From positions 2,242 to 66,241 of IMG/VR virus record IMGVR_UViG_3300027861_000021: 64,000 nt of DNA; one strand, 5' to 3'. This stretch comes from a virus. Taxonomy: Duplodnaviria > Caudoviricetes. How positions within the stretch are numbered: position 1 is the first letter of the stretch; each line of letters begins with the position of its first letter. Below, piece by piece: positions 29,839 through 40,125 of this stretch. Below the pieces are notes generated by a model that saw only the letters and a program-made list of their open reading frames with translations, had not been told where the DNA came from and ran no database searches. The position numbers and the translations under genes were made by a program.

Positions 29839-30698
29839 TGGCTAATCAAACAGGTGGCACACAGATGCCAATTGCAAATCAAGCAGCAGCAGACAGAGCC
29901 AGTACCACCAGCCGTGCTAGGATGCAAGCAAACGCATCAGCTCCAAGTGCAGGAGCAGCAATGATGGCAGGACCGGCACAGGCTCAAAAGGCGGCAGGTA
30001 TTCAAGCAACAGAGCAAGGTCAGATTGCAGCAGAGGCTCAGACAGCAGTTGTCCAGAAGAGTGTAGGGCAAGCACAACAAGAGCTACATGCAACAGACCT
30101 TAGACAAAAAGAACAACAAACCATACACGCTGAATCAATGGAAAAGAGACACACAGCAATGAAGAGTAAAGTAGCAGCACTAGGTCGTGATGTTAAACAA
30201 AAGTTACTAGATGACCAGCTAGAATTTGATGAGACAGAGCGTGAAGCTAGGTTTAAATCACAAAGACAGTTACAAGACTTTCTGACAATCAAAGCTGTAG
30301 ATCAACAAGCAATGAAAAACTATGAACAGTCCGTACAGGCAGCAATACAGAAGGACGTTATGATGATGGAGTCAGCATATAAGTCACTTGTCCAAGCAGA
30401 GAATCAACACTTTGAGGATAAGAATAGAAGACTAGATAAAGAGTCTAATGAGAGGATCAAGAAAGCAAAAGAGGTAATAGAGGCGAACCTCAAGAAATCC
30501 AGACGTAGAGGAGCTTATGTGAAACAAGGACTAGGTGTTCTTAAAGTAGCAGCAGGTGCAACAGCAATGTATTACACTGGTGGTACTGTTGGAGGTACAC
30601 TGGCAGTTCAAGGAGCAACAGAGATGGGCGAGGCTGAAGGTCAGAAAAATAAAGAGTATGTATATAATGAAAATACAGGACAGTACCAACAACAATAA
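29838..30698 (+). CDS. putative ejection protein
   Basis: Ala/Gln-rich coiled coil with a C-terminal Gly-rich hydrophobic hairpin. Confidence 0.6.
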   Translation: MANQTGGTQMPIANQAAADRASTTSRARMQANASAPSAGAAMMAGPAQAQKAAGIQATEQGQIAAEAQTAVVQKSVGQAQQELHATDLRQKEQQTIHAESMEKRHTAMKSKVAALGRDVKQKLLDDQLEFDETEREARFKSQRQLQDFLTIKAVDQQAMKNYEQSVQAAIQKDVMMMESAYKSLVQAENQHFEDKNRRLDKESNERIKKAKEVIEANLKKSRRRGAYVKQGLGVLKVAAGATAMYYTGGTVGGTLAVQGATEMGEAEGQKNKEYVYNENTGQYQQQ

Positions 30699-30709
30699 GG
30701 AGAAAAATA

Positions 30710-30997
30710 ATGACAAGTAGTATATTTGATATGGCTAAGAGTGCAGCAAAGACTGAAGAAGAGATTCAGAAAGAAGCAGATGATAAGCGTCTAGCAGATG
30801 AAGCAAAGGCCGCAAAAGAAATACTTGAGGCTAAGATTAAGAAATCTAAACGTAGAGGAGCTTATGTGAAACAAGGACTAGGTGTAGCTAAGATGGCAGT
30901 AGGTGCAACAGCAATGTATTACACTGGTGGTACTGTTGGCGGTAGTTTAGTGGTATCAGGTGGCTCAGAAGCAGTTGCCGCAGAACAGGAGAAATAA
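30710..30997 (+). CDS. short paralogue of the upstream gene's C-terminus
   Basis: RRGAYVKQGLGV..GATAMYYTGGTVGG is shared; AAGGAG RBS. Confidence 0.7.
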   Translation: MTSSIFDMAKSAAKTEEEIQKEADDKRLADEAKAAKEILEAKIKKSKRRGAYVKQGLGVAKMAVGATAMYYTGGTVGGSLVVSGGSEAVAAEQEK

Positions 30998-32325
30998 TGG
31001 GAAAAAGATACGATCCAACAATAGATGAAGAGACAGAACTAGAAAAACAGATAAGGCTTTCACAAGAAGAGTCAGAAATCTCTGCACCTAAAGATGAAAC
31101 AGACATGGAGTACCAAGCAGATGAACCCAAACGAACCAGAAAACAAAAAGTAGTTGACTGGTGGGATTCTCTTGACCTTAACCCCCTTGATGATGAAGGT
31201 ACTATTGGTAAGCCACTTAAGTCGGTTACAGATTACACAGACAAGTTTCCTAAAGTAAGGGACGGTAAGTTATACTCCGATCAAAAAGAGGTTGACAAGG
31301 CTTTTAGTGCTCCAGAAGCTCCTTCGGTAGCAGCCAATGTAACAAAAGCAAAGACAGAAACAGACCAAGCTCCCGCCCCTGCTAACAACCCACCACCAGA
31401 AAAAGAAGAAGACGATCTAGGTGATGGTGCTCCTAAAACTGCTGATAGAGATACACTGGATGGTCTAATCAAACACGCCCAAAGTAGTAAAGACCTTGTT
31501 CCTGATCTGGTTAAATATGAAAAAGAGATGAGAGCCTTTGATAAGGAACTCGCAGACAAAGAAGCGGGACTTGCAAAAGGATTCAAAGATAAGGTAGCAG
31601 ATGAGAGACTTAGTTCATATATGATAAAAGGTATTGAACTGGCTGCTCAAATGTTTGCTGCTCACAGAGGAGTCAAGTCTAAACTTTCTGCGCCTTTAGA
31701 CACAGGTGATAAGGAGAGGATGGAACGCCTTGAGAGAGAGCTGGTTTCAAATCAACGTATTCTTCGTTCTAGAATATCACAAAGTAAATCACTTCTTGGT
31801 GATATATATTCTAAGAAAGAGCGTAAAGCAAACAGGGTTGAGAGAGCTGAAGATAAAGCAGCTAACCTTGAAGCACGTAAAAAAGCTAGAGACATTGAGA
31901 TAATGCGAGTAAGACAGAATCAAGGCACAGCTTATGATGATGCTGTTAGAGCAAAGGCACAAAGACTACAGTTTCAATTTGGTCGGCTAAAAGAATCTAA
32001 GAGATTAGAGTTTCTCACTACACTAGGAATGACAGAAACTGCTGGTAAAAAACTACTAGGTGAAAGAGACTGGTGGCTTGATGATGACCCTGACCTAGCT
32101 GGTATAAGAGACTATCTCGAAACCACAGCAATAGCTTCAGTTACACGGCCAGAACCTAGAAAGACTAGTGCCGAACTTGAAGCAGAAGCAAAGGGAGAAA
32201 TGGTTGTTACTCCAACAGCACCTAAAACAGAGACAGGAAGAAGATATAACAAGCAAGGCAACTATACAGAAGTTACATATAGTGATGGGTCTACAAGTAA
32301 ATTTGATGGAAGGGTTCTTAAGTAA
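30997..32325 (+). CDS. putative internal virion protein
   Basis: Charged coiled coil; coupled at both ends. Confidence 0.6.
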   Translation: MGKRYDPTIDEETELEKQIRLSQEESEISAPKDETDMEYQADEPKRTRKQKVVDWWDSLDLNPLDDEGTIGKPLKSVTDYTDKFPKVRDGKLYSDQKEVDKAFSAPEAPSVAANVTKAKTETDQAPAPANNPPPEKEEDDLGDGAPKTADRDTLDGLIKHAQSSKDLVPDLVKYEKEMRAFDKELADKEAGLAKGFKDKVADERLSSYMIKGIELAAQMFAAHRGVKSKLSAPLDTGDKERMERLERELVSNQRILRSRISQSKSLLGDIYSKKERKANRVERAEDKAANLEARKKARDIEIMRVRQNQGTAYDDAVRAKAQRLQFQFGRLKESKRLEFLTTLGMTETAGKKLLGERDWWLDDDPDLAGIRDYLETTAIASVTRPEPRKTSAELEAEAKGEMVVTPTAPKTETGRRYNKQGNYTEVTYSDGSTSKFDGRVLK

Positions 32326-35300
32326 TGGCAGAAGAATTACAAACATATACAGTTGTTGCACACGACAACCCTTCTAAAATAGCTAGAAAATTTGGTATCA
32401 GTCCTGAGCTTCTTCAGAGTCATAATGGTATTGATGATCCCACAAAGATGCAACTTGGGCAAGTACTGACAATTCCACCAAAGCTACCAGAGCCGCCAGA
32501 ACCTCAGTGGCATACTGAAGGAGGTGACTTTGAACGCTATGCTTCTATTGTCGGTTCTAGAGAGTCCCGTGACAACACTAAAGAGACTTATAAAAAGTAC
32601 GGATTTGCGCCTTTAGATAAAGACCAAGTAAACTCTTTGGGGTATACTGGTCAGTATCAGATGGGCGGGTCTGCTTTAAGTGCAGGAAATTATCTCACAA
32701 AAGCTGCAATAAAAAAGATGGTGGCTTGGGGGGAGAGTAACAAAGACAAACAAAACGCCTACATACTCAAGCCCGAAGCATGGCGTGGCACAAATGGCAT
32801 TAACAATATAGAGGACTTTAAAGATAGCTTCGCCGCACAGACTGATGCGTTCAAGCAATTTACGAAATCGAACGAAAAATATCTCCGTAAGTGGGGTATT
32901 ATTACTGATGAGACAGACCCTAAAGTAGCCTTCTCTCACATGATGGGTGCTCATATTGCGGGTGGTCCGGGGTATCGTAAAAACCCTGCTGCATCAGACT
33001 CTATGGGAACGACTGGAACAGAATACCAACAACATATAATCAATAACTGGGACGCTTGGGAAGCTAAAGAAGAATGGGAAGCAATGCAATCAGGAGAAGG
33101 TTACACTCCTGAAGTACTGGCTGCTGCACAGAAACTCCATAATGCACGAAAAAAAACATACAATGATGTTGAGTCTCATACAATTGTGGCTGGTGATGAA
33201 CTAGGTAAACTTTCCAAAAAATATCTAGGTAACACAAAAAGATGGAAAGAGATACAAGCCTTAAATGAGATGGAAGGTACAGGTTTAGAAATAGGCCAGA
33301 TAATAAAACTACCTGTAGAAGAAGCACCAGCTCCTGATGAGATTCCTTATGGAAGTTCTAAATACAAGGGGATAGTGATTGGAGGAGAACGTGGCACTCC
33401 AATGCCTCCACCTGCGGGAGAAGAAATTCAATATGATTCTTTAGAAGACCCTGAAGGGAATATTACCCAAGTCCCTCACCAAGAGACTGTCACGTTCGAG
33501 GACTATGACTCTCCCGACGAGGCTCCGGAAGAAAAAACAGAAAGACTTCACGATGAATCTATACTAAATGATCTTATGGGAGAAGTCCCAATAGAAGAAG
33601 TCACAGAAGTACCTCGTGACCCTAATATGATGTCACTGGATCAAGAAGGTGTAGAAGGTTTAACTGTTCCAGAAGAGGGCGGTTTTGCACCACCAACTGT
33701 AATAGAAGAACCGTATACACCAAGAGAAGACGTACCTCTATCTGAAGGTACTCTGTATGAAGCCTCAACCGGAGTAGGAGATGATACCGTATCTAATCTC
33801 GTGTCTGACTTACATAGACCAGCAATGGCAGCAGGGGATCACTTTGATGATAAGGTTCCACAAGAAGACCCTACCCAAAATCAAACTGTAGCTGACGTAC
33901 AAGAAAGTGAATGGGAAGACCTGAGTACTGCTGAGTCGGACGAGTGGGAAGATTTGTCTGTAGATAGTGAGTGGGAAGACCTAAGTACCGCATCAGAACC
34001 TACAGTTAGTAATACCCCAGACTATAGTATAGCAGAAACAGTAGCATTACACTCTGCTCAGGGTACTACATTCGGCACCAGTGAAACGATTACTGGCGGT
34101 GCTTATGCAATTGAACAAATGATGACAGGAGAGAATGCTCACCGCAGTTTTGGAGAAGCATTTGAAGTAGGTAGAGAAGCGGCCAAAGAGATGAATCGTG
34201 AGAGTGCAAAACAAAACCCTGTGACTGCGACTACAACAGACATAGGATCAGGCATTGCCACATCTATTCTACTTCCGGGATCAGGACTACTCAAAGCAAA
34301 AGGTGCTGTTGCAACTGCTAAGGCTGTTGGAGCTGGTGCTGCTGAAGGTGCTGTGGCTGGACTAGGTTATTCACAAGATGGTGAAGAACTGTTTGGTGCA
34401 GGACTAGGTGGTGCATTTGGAGCTGGAGGTACGCTTGTTATGAAGGGTGCTGGTAAAGGTTGGAGATGGTATAAGGGTGAAGAACTCACCAAGGAACTAG
34501 CTGAACAAGCCTATGAAACTGGCAGTGCTCAACTAGCTAAAAGAGTAGATGAAAAGATGTATGGTAGTAACAGTACTGATACTATACATTACGGTGCGTT
34601 AGGTGAAGATATGGACATTGAATCCCTACTACTCACAGATAACCCTCGTGTGTTTAGAGCAGAACTAGAGAAAATTAAAGTACCTGATGTCGATAGTTCT
34701 TATGATTTACTATCACGTAATGTGAAGTATGACTCTAAGAAATACGGATTAGATTATAATAAACAACTAAAAGAAATGCAACAAGTAGCAGATGATAAAG
34801 CCTATCAAGACTTAGGAGAAACTGGTGTTGGTGATGCTGTGGACCTTTCGGGTGCTGAACCTCATATTGTATATACACCACAAGACATAACGGCAATTAA
34901 TACTATGGCTGTGTTCCGTGCTGAATCAGTATCCTTTATGAGATATGTTACAAATGCTGATGCTAGGGCTTCCGCAAAGAACTTTGTAGGAAAAGGATAT
35001 GTACCACCTACCTCATCTTCAGCAGATCAAATAGGAGAATTAGTAGGAGAATTTAGGAAAGCACAGAAAGCAGGACTAGCTGACGAGTCTGCCTACCGAG
35101 CATTTAGATTACATAAGTATACACTAGAGTCTGCAAGAGATATCAAGTCAGAGTGGATTAGTAAGAAGTCTAGAGAGTTGATGGAGTCTGATGGATACCG
35201 TAGAGAAGATGCAATACAATCAGCTAGGATGGAATTTAAAGAAACATTAGGTAAAGACATTAGTGAGAGAGAGCGTAAGTTCCTTGAGAATAACTTCATG

Positions 35301-37322
35301 TTCAGGGAGATTGACCGGACTACCAAAGGTATGGACACTGAGATGCTTCAGAACCAAGCATACAGACATGGGTTAATGAAAGACTTCTTTGAAACTAAGG
35401 TACTTGTTGAAGTAAGAAAAGCAACTAAAGCTATCCGAAAGAGTAAATACTCGGAATCAGATATACATCTTATGATGACTAGAGCAGAACTCGGTGAACT
35501 TAAAATTCCCAATGATGCACAGCATGTAGTAGCAGCCGTAACTAAAGCCACTAAATTTGTAAGAGAAGCTAGTGAAAGTCTAGGACTAAAGATTGGAGAT
35601 AAGGGTGACTTCTATGTAACTAAGAGAAGACTTCAAGGTGCTGAGTATGTACACGCATTAACTGAGTTTTATAACAGTAAGGTACAAGGAGCTAAAGGTA
35701 CTCTAGGAGACCTTATTAGAAGTACGGTTGATAAGACAGATCAAGAAGTAGAACAAATGATTAAACTTGTTTCAAGAGATAAAGCTGAGATGATTGGTTT
35801 TGTACAGGAAATGAGGAGAGTGGTTGATGGAGATTTGAATGTTGCTTCTATTGATTCTATCTTTAGAAGTGGTTCTTTACAGAGTGGTACTCTTAAGAAA
35901 GTAGTAAAAGAATTAGATGCCAACGCATTACACACAAGAAATGATATACTTCCAGAGTTTATAATTGATAGGAATTTAGGTAGGAGTTTATTGAAGAACG
36001 TAACTGAGGCAGGTGACTTGATCTTTATGGAACCAGTCGGGCGATTGCTTGATGGTAGAGCACAGATATTAAGAGGACTAGGTAAAGACAATGCTTCCGA
36101 AGCCGTTATGAATTTCAGAAGAGACATTACAGGTCAAGCACGCAAGAGTAAACTGTCTTCTACATACGACTGGGTTGATAAGATGAAGATGAAGTACGGC
36201 AGTAAACCTGTTAGTGCAGCTCTTGATTTCTATGAGATGTCGGTGAGTGCCATTTACCCAAACCTTGTCGGAGGTAATCCAGCAAGTGTTGTACGTAACT
36301 TAACACAGGTTATAACTAAGACCATTCCTGAGATGGGTATGTGGAGTCCTAGGAAGATCGCTAGTGCATACGGATCAGCTCTTGACCAGCTAAGGACTAC
36401 TGAAGGTAGAGAGGCTCTCAGAAGGGCAGGTATCATTAGTTCTGATAGGTCTGGTTTGATTTCTGAGATAGGGTCAACTAGTGTACTAACTGATTCAGCT
36501 CTTGCTAACTTTCAACGTAGCTGGAACAACTTCTCTATGATGGCATTTAATGCTAGTGACGATTTAAACCGTGTAGTAACAGCAGAGCTTGCACTAGATA
36601 TTAGTACAGCGATTGTAAAGAAAGACCCTAAAGCCCTTAAGTATATTGATAAGCTACCACCAGCAATTAAGTCTAAAGCTCTAAGGATATTTAGATCAGA
36701 TGGGTATGAGATTATAGATAAACGTGGATTTGAGATTGCCGTTAGGGATCACTTTGAAGTTCAAACACAGATTGCTTATGGTAAGATTGGTAACTCAGAG
36801 TTCGTTAGAGACAACGGTAGATTATTTTCAATGATGACTAAGTGGCCTATTCAAGTAGGTTCTGATATATACTCTATGACTAAACAACGTAAGTTTATTA
36901 GTAGGTTTACTCAGAAGTATTTCGGTCCACTTGTACTAGCTAATATGGCAGCACATCAAGTTAAGGATGCTGTAGGTGATGATGAAGAATTAGATGCAAA
37001 GACTAAGTTCTTTCTAGGTAATCAATACGGTGGTAACTTTACTGGACTAAGTGCCTTGTCTGGACCTAGCGCATTGAGTCCTGCTCTTACTGGTATGTTT
37101 GCCGGTGTACAGGGTGGTGGTGATATGATTGAGGGATTGTTATATGATGATGAGAGAGCTATGAGGAAGGGTGTTAAGGGAGTTACCGGTGGTATAATGC
37201 AATACGTACCTGTTGTTGGTGGAGGCTTTAAGATGTACGATAGAGTGCAGAGAGGGTTCTACGGAGACAGTCCAAGGCTGGACAATCTGTTACTATCTGA
37301 TGAATATGATTATGATTATTAA
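32325..37322 (+). CDS. large internal virion protein with LysM and lysozyme-like domains
   Basis: LysM at the N-terminus and near aa 285-330; RES..G.YQM..H.AG lysozyme-like motifs; Gly/Ala-rich segment. Confidence 0.8.
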   Translation: MAEELQTYTVVAHDNPSKIARKFGISPELLQSHNGIDDPTKMQLGQVLTIPPKLPEPPEPQWHTEGGDFERYASIVGSRESRDNTKETYKKYGFAPLDKDQVNSLGYTGQYQMGGSALSAGNYLTKAAIKKMVAWGESNKDKQNAYILKPEAWRGTNGINNIEDFKDSFAAQTDAFKQFTKSNEKYLRKWGIITDETDPKVAFSHMMGAHIAGGPGYRKNPAASDSMGTTGTEYQQHIINNWDAWEAKEEWEAMQSGEGYTPEVLAAAQKLHNARKKTYNDVESHTIVAGDELGKLSKKYLGNTKRWKEIQALNEMEGTGLEIGQIIKLPVEEAPAPDEIPYGSSKYKGIVIGGERGTPMPPPAGEEIQYDSLEDPEGNITQVPHQETVTFEDYDSPDEAPEEKTERLHDESILNDLMGEVPIEEVTEVPRDPNMMSLDQEGVEGLTVPEEGGFAPPTVIEEPYTPREDVPLSEGTLYEASTGVGDDTVSNLVSDLHRPAMAAGDHFDDKVPQEDPTQNQTVADVQESEWEDLSTAESDEWEDLSVDSEWEDLSTASEPTVSNTPDYSIAETVALHSAQGTTFGTSETITGGAYAIEQMMTGENAHRSFGEAFEVGREAAKEMNRESAKQNPVTATTTDIGSGIATSILLPGSGLLKAKGAVATAKAVGAGAAEGAVAGLGYSQDGEELFGAGLGGAFGAGGTLVMKGAGKGWRWYKGEELTKELAEQAYETGSAQLAKRVDEKMYGSNSTDTIHYGALGEDMDIESLLLTDNPRVFRAELEKIKVPDVDSSYDLLSRNVKYDSKKYGLDYNKQLKEMQQVADDKAYQDLGETGVGDAVDLSGAEPHIVYTPQDITAINTMAVFRAESVSFMRYVTNADARASAKNFVGKGYVPPTSSSADQIGELVGEFRKAQKAGLADESAYRAFRLHKYTLESARDIKSEWISKKSRELMESDGYRREDAIQSARMEFKETLGKDISERERKFLENNFMFREIDRTTKGMDTEMLQNQAYRHGLMKDFFETKVLVEVRKATKAIRKSKYSESDIHLMMTRAELGELKIPNDAQHVVAAVTKATKFVREASESLGLKIGDKGDFYVTKRRLQGAEYVHALTEFYNSKVQGAKGTLGDLIRSTVDKTDQEVEQMIKLVSRDKAEMIGFVQEMRRVVDGDLNVASIDSIFRSGSLQSGTLKKVVKELDANALHTRNDILPEFIIDRNLGRSLLKNVTEAGDLIFMEPVGRLLDGRAQILRGLGKDNASEAVMNFRRDITGQARKSKLSSTYDWVDKMKMKYGSKPVSAALDFYEMSVSAIYPNLVGGNPASVVRNLTQVITKTIPEMGMWSPRKIASAYGSALDQLRTTEGREALRRAGIISSDRSGLISEIGSTSVLTDSALANFQRSWNNFSMMAFNASDDLNRVVTAELALDISTAIVKKDPKALKYIDKLPPAIKSKALRIFRSDGYEIIDKRGFEIAVRDHFEVQTQIAYGKIGNSEFVRDNGRLFSMMTKWPIQVGSDIYSMTKQRKFISRFTQKYFGPLVLANMAAHQVKDAVGDDEELDAKTKFFLGNQYGGNFTGLSALSGPSALSPALTGMFAGVQGGGDMIEGLLYDDERAMRKGVKGVTGGIMQYVPVVGGGFKMYDRVQRGFYGDSPRLDNLLLSDEYDYDY

Positions 37323-37428
37323 GATGTTCTAGAAAATAGAATGATATTCTTAATTATAGAATGAAGGGGTTGGACTGTGTTGTAGCTGTGTGGAGGCAGT
37401 TACTTCACAATCTTATTCCCCTTCTTTA

Positions 37429-37578
37429 TTACTGCTTGCTCCAGAGTATTACCAAAGGACCAATGCCTAGCTTAGTGAAGTCACAAGGTAGTCCTCGTTC
37501 AAAAGTAAACTCAAACCTCCAGTCTAAAAAGACACAGATAAATGTCTGGTTCTTAGTTGTTCTCCAATACTGGATCAT
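37429..37578 (-). CDS. small hypothetical protein (49 aa, not in the ORF track)
   Basis: TAATG coupling to groES; GAGGAG RBS. Confidence 0.45.
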   Translation of the reverse strand: MIQYWRTTKNQTFICVFLDWRFEFTFERGLPCDFTKLGIGPLVILWSKQ

Positions 37579-37889
37579 TACTTCTCCTCTGGTGTAAAGG
37601 AAGCGAATGCCTCCGACTCTGGCATGATACCAAATGTCTCACCGCCTACCTTTACTTCAATAACCATTGGTTGCTTAGAGGTAATCACCATATCTCCAAC
37701 TGTTAGCTCTGACCTTTCAGAAGTACCTACAATCAAATGTTCTAAGTGAGTTACTTCTTCATCCTCCATATGGGCGGCAAGTGCTCCTGTAATTACGATA
37801 CCAGAATCTAGTGTCTGGTGTGCTCCTTTGTCTATTTCTTTTAAATCAAACTTGATTACTACAAATCCGGGTTGGGCTTTAATGTTCAT
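37578..37889 (-). CDS. groES: GroES-like co-chaperonin
   Basis: IKAQPGFVVI, TLDSGIVI, VGD.V and I..ESE motifs. Confidence 0.75.
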   Translation of the reverse strand: MNIKAQPGFVVIKFDLKEIDKGAHQTLDSGIVITGALAAHMEDEEVTHLEHLIVGTSERSELTVGDMVITSKQPMVIEVKVGGETFGIMPESEAFASFTPEEK

Positions 37890-37890
37890 G

Positions 37891-38205
37891 TTATTCTCCT
37901 AGTCTAATATTCATTGATGTCTCAAAACAGTCAGTACCTTTACCGATAAGGGCATCTATTGACGATGCTCTCTTGTCAGTACAGGCTTCGTGTAGTTCTA
38001 GTTTAAGCTGCTTATCGAATACAAGGGTTTCTATATGACCTGTGTACCCTGCGTCCCAGAGAGCTTGTTGCGTACTTCTGTAACCTCTCATTATAATGTC
38101 TATAGCTCCATTAGGGTTTGTGGGTGCTGCTCCAACACCAGATGCAAGTACAACCGTACCTCCAACTGCTACCATACCGGACTTAAATAATTTACGTCTA
38201 TCCAT
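37891..38205 (-). CDS. protein with a twin-arginine signal peptide
   Basis: MDRRKLFK, hydrophobic core, then VGA-A cleavage-like site. Confidence 0.6.
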   Translation of the reverse strand: MDRRKLFKSGMVAVGGTVVLASGVGAAPTNPNGAIDIIMRGYRSTQQALWDAGYTGHIETLVFDKQLKLELHEACTDKRASSIDALIGKGTDCFETSMNIRLGE

Positions 38206-38429
38206 CAATCCTTCTCCTTCATTAATTCTGCCAAGTCATTCTCGGCAGCTTCTAGTTTAAATTCTAATACCTTTTGATTATATGCTAATGCTATATTGGT
38301 ATCAGCTAGATGGTCTATTATACCTATTAGTTGATACACTATCATAGTATCAGCAGTACTACCATTTAACTGATCCCTTAGCTTCTTAAACCTTTCAAGA
38401 TCAATCGGTTCTAATTCTGTCATTCTCAT
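38205..38429 (-). CDS. hypothetical protein
   Basis: Overlapping operon gene. Confidence 0.55.
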   Translation of the reverse strand: MRMTELEPIDLERFKKLRDQLNGSTADTMIVYQLIGIIDHLADTNIALAYNQKVLEFKLEAAENDLAELMKEKD

Positions 38430-38616
38430 ACTCCTCCATGATACAGTATACCTTTATCATTGTATCAGCCGTACCTCCAATTGTCTCTGGGACTACAACG
38501 AATCCTTCAGCAGAAAAGAAATCTGCCATAGACTTATTCTCTGTGTGAAAGTGACCAGTATCGCATATTGTGTTTATAGCTTCTACTACTTTAGCTAAGG
38601 TTGTTTCCAATTTCAT
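38401..38616 (-). CDS. hypothetical protein
   Basis: Overlapping operon gene. Confidence 0.5.
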   Translation of the reverse strand: MKLETTLAKVVEAINTICDTGHFHTENKSMADFFSAEGFVVVPETIGGTADTMIKVYCIMEEYENDRIRTD

Positions 38617-39142
38617 ATCTGTTACCTTTCTTCATATTCTCTTCTGCGGTTAATATCTGCAAGTTACTTGGTACATGTAGCCCACTAACTAATTCACCAT
38701 GTAGAGGTATGATATGATCTACATGGTATTTGATTCCATGTAACTTCTCCAACCTAGCAGACTGTTTATATATCCAATCCATCCACTTGAAATCATCTTC
38801 AGTCATCCATATGGGGGTCTGGTTAGTTCTCCTGTACATGTACTGTGCTTTAACAGATCGGCCATTGTCTGTCTCTCTGTACTTCTTAGCCCTTGCTAAA
38901 CCTTTCTTAGATGTATTACTTTTGTGAGAGGTAGCCTTACCTTTGTCGGACTGTTTATAAGCCCTCTGAGATTCCTTAAAGGAGTCACGGGTTCTGTATT
39001 CCCTACCATATGCTGCTAAACACTTCCTGCACTTTGATTGTTTGCCGTGCTTACCTAGCTTGGCATTCTGATAATCACTTAAAGGTTTATCTATATTACA
39101 AGTCGTACATTGTTTCTTTATTGGTGTTCTTTCCAAGCACAT
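38591..39142 (-). CDS. HNH endonuclease
   Basis: CxxC..CxxC; YHVDHIIPL..GLHV..NLQILTAEEN. Confidence 0.88.
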   Translation of the reverse strand: MCLERTPIKKQCTTCNIDKPLSDYQNAKLGKHGKQSKCRKCLAAYGREYRTRDSFKESQRAYKQSDKGKATSHKSNTSKKGLARAKKYRETDNGRSVKAQYMYRRTNQTPIWMTEDDFKWMDWIYKQSARLEKLHGIKYHVDHIIPLHGELVSGLHVPSNLQILTAEENMKKGNRYEIGNNLS

Positions 39143-39374
39143 CCTTTAGTTCCTTCCTCTCTTTCTTGAGTTGTTTAATATCATCTCGTAAGTCATCCAA
39201 CCTCTTCTGATCCCAGAGGGCTGCCTCCATCCTATTTACCATTGTCTGTGTCTCCTCAATAAGAGACTTAAGATGTCGGTAGGTGGAGAAGGTGGGGGCA
39301 TCAGGGTTAAGGTGATCCCATACCTTGATTGCATCTCTCATTTCTTCCAGTGCACTACATACTAATCTACTCAT
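39096..39374 (-). CDS. hypothetical coiled-coil protein
   Basis: Lies between two HNH genes and is coupled to them. Confidence 0.55.
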   Translation of the reverse strand: MSRLVCSALEEMRDAIKVWDHLNPDAPTFSTYRHLKSLIEETQTMVNRMEAALWDQKRLDDLRDDIKQLKKERKELKDVLGKNTNKETMYDL

Positions 39375-39787
39375 CCTTGTCCACCTTTTGATAAGTTCTC
39401 TTCTGCTGAGAGAATCTGTAAGTTATTAAATTCATGTAAGCCTCCCTTACTCAAGGGCTTGATATGATCTATATGAAATCTTTCACCACAACTGGTACTC
39501 AGTACATCACTTATCCAGTACATTGCTCGGATAGCCGACACTTCCATATCACACATATCAGGAGTCTGGTCCTTCTTCTGTGCTCTATACCTAGCTGCGA
39601 TAGCATTAGACCTGCCTCGATCAACCTCTCTCCACCGCTTACCTCTAAGATAATTAGCCTCTTTAGTTGAGTCTCTGTAGGTCTTCAAACAGAGCTTACA
39701 AGAACCTTTGACCCCCCACTTACCCATTGCTTGTTTATTAAAATCACCAAGAGGTTTATCTGTTTTACATGTATTACATTGCTTCAT
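39371..39787 (-). CDS. HNH endonuclease
   Basis: CxxC..CxxC; HIDHIKPL..GGLHE..NLQILSAEEN. Confidence 0.88.
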   Translation of the reverse strand: MKQCNTCKTDKPLGDFNKQAMGKWGVKGSCKLCLKTYRDSTKEANYLRGKRWREVDRGRSNAIAARYRAQKKDQTPDMCDMEVSAIRAMYWISDVLSTSCGERFHIDHIKPLSKGGLHEFNNLQILSAEENLSKGGQG

Positions 39788-40125
39788 TATCCTTGCCCGT
39801 CTTTATTAGTTTCTATAAATCCTTTACGTTTACCTTCAGCTTCTTTAACTGCCTTAGATATCTCAGTACGTTTCTTTGAGTTAGTACCAGCTTCTATTAC
39901 TTTAAGACTTGCTATTTCTTTTTCTAACATAATAGCTTGTCTTCTGGAGTTAGGTGCTTTACCATCTAAGAAGGTAGCAGACTTAACTGTATTAATAGTA
40001 GTACATACATTAAGAGCTGGAGTTAGGTGTGGATTGTCTTGGTTGTACTGCTCAACTTTATTAGGATCAAGCAGTACCTCCAATTCCTTACCTTCTTCAT
40101 CTGTATATATGAAGTACTTAAGCAT
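39787..40125 (-). CDS. hypothetical protein
   Basis: GAGG RBS; coupled. Confidence 0.6.
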   Translation of the reverse strand: MLKYFIYTDEEGKELEVLLDPNKVEQYNQDNPHLTPALNVCTTINTVKSATFLDGKAPNSRRQAIMLEKEIASLKVIEAGTNSKKRTEISKAVKEAEGKRKGFIETNKDGQG

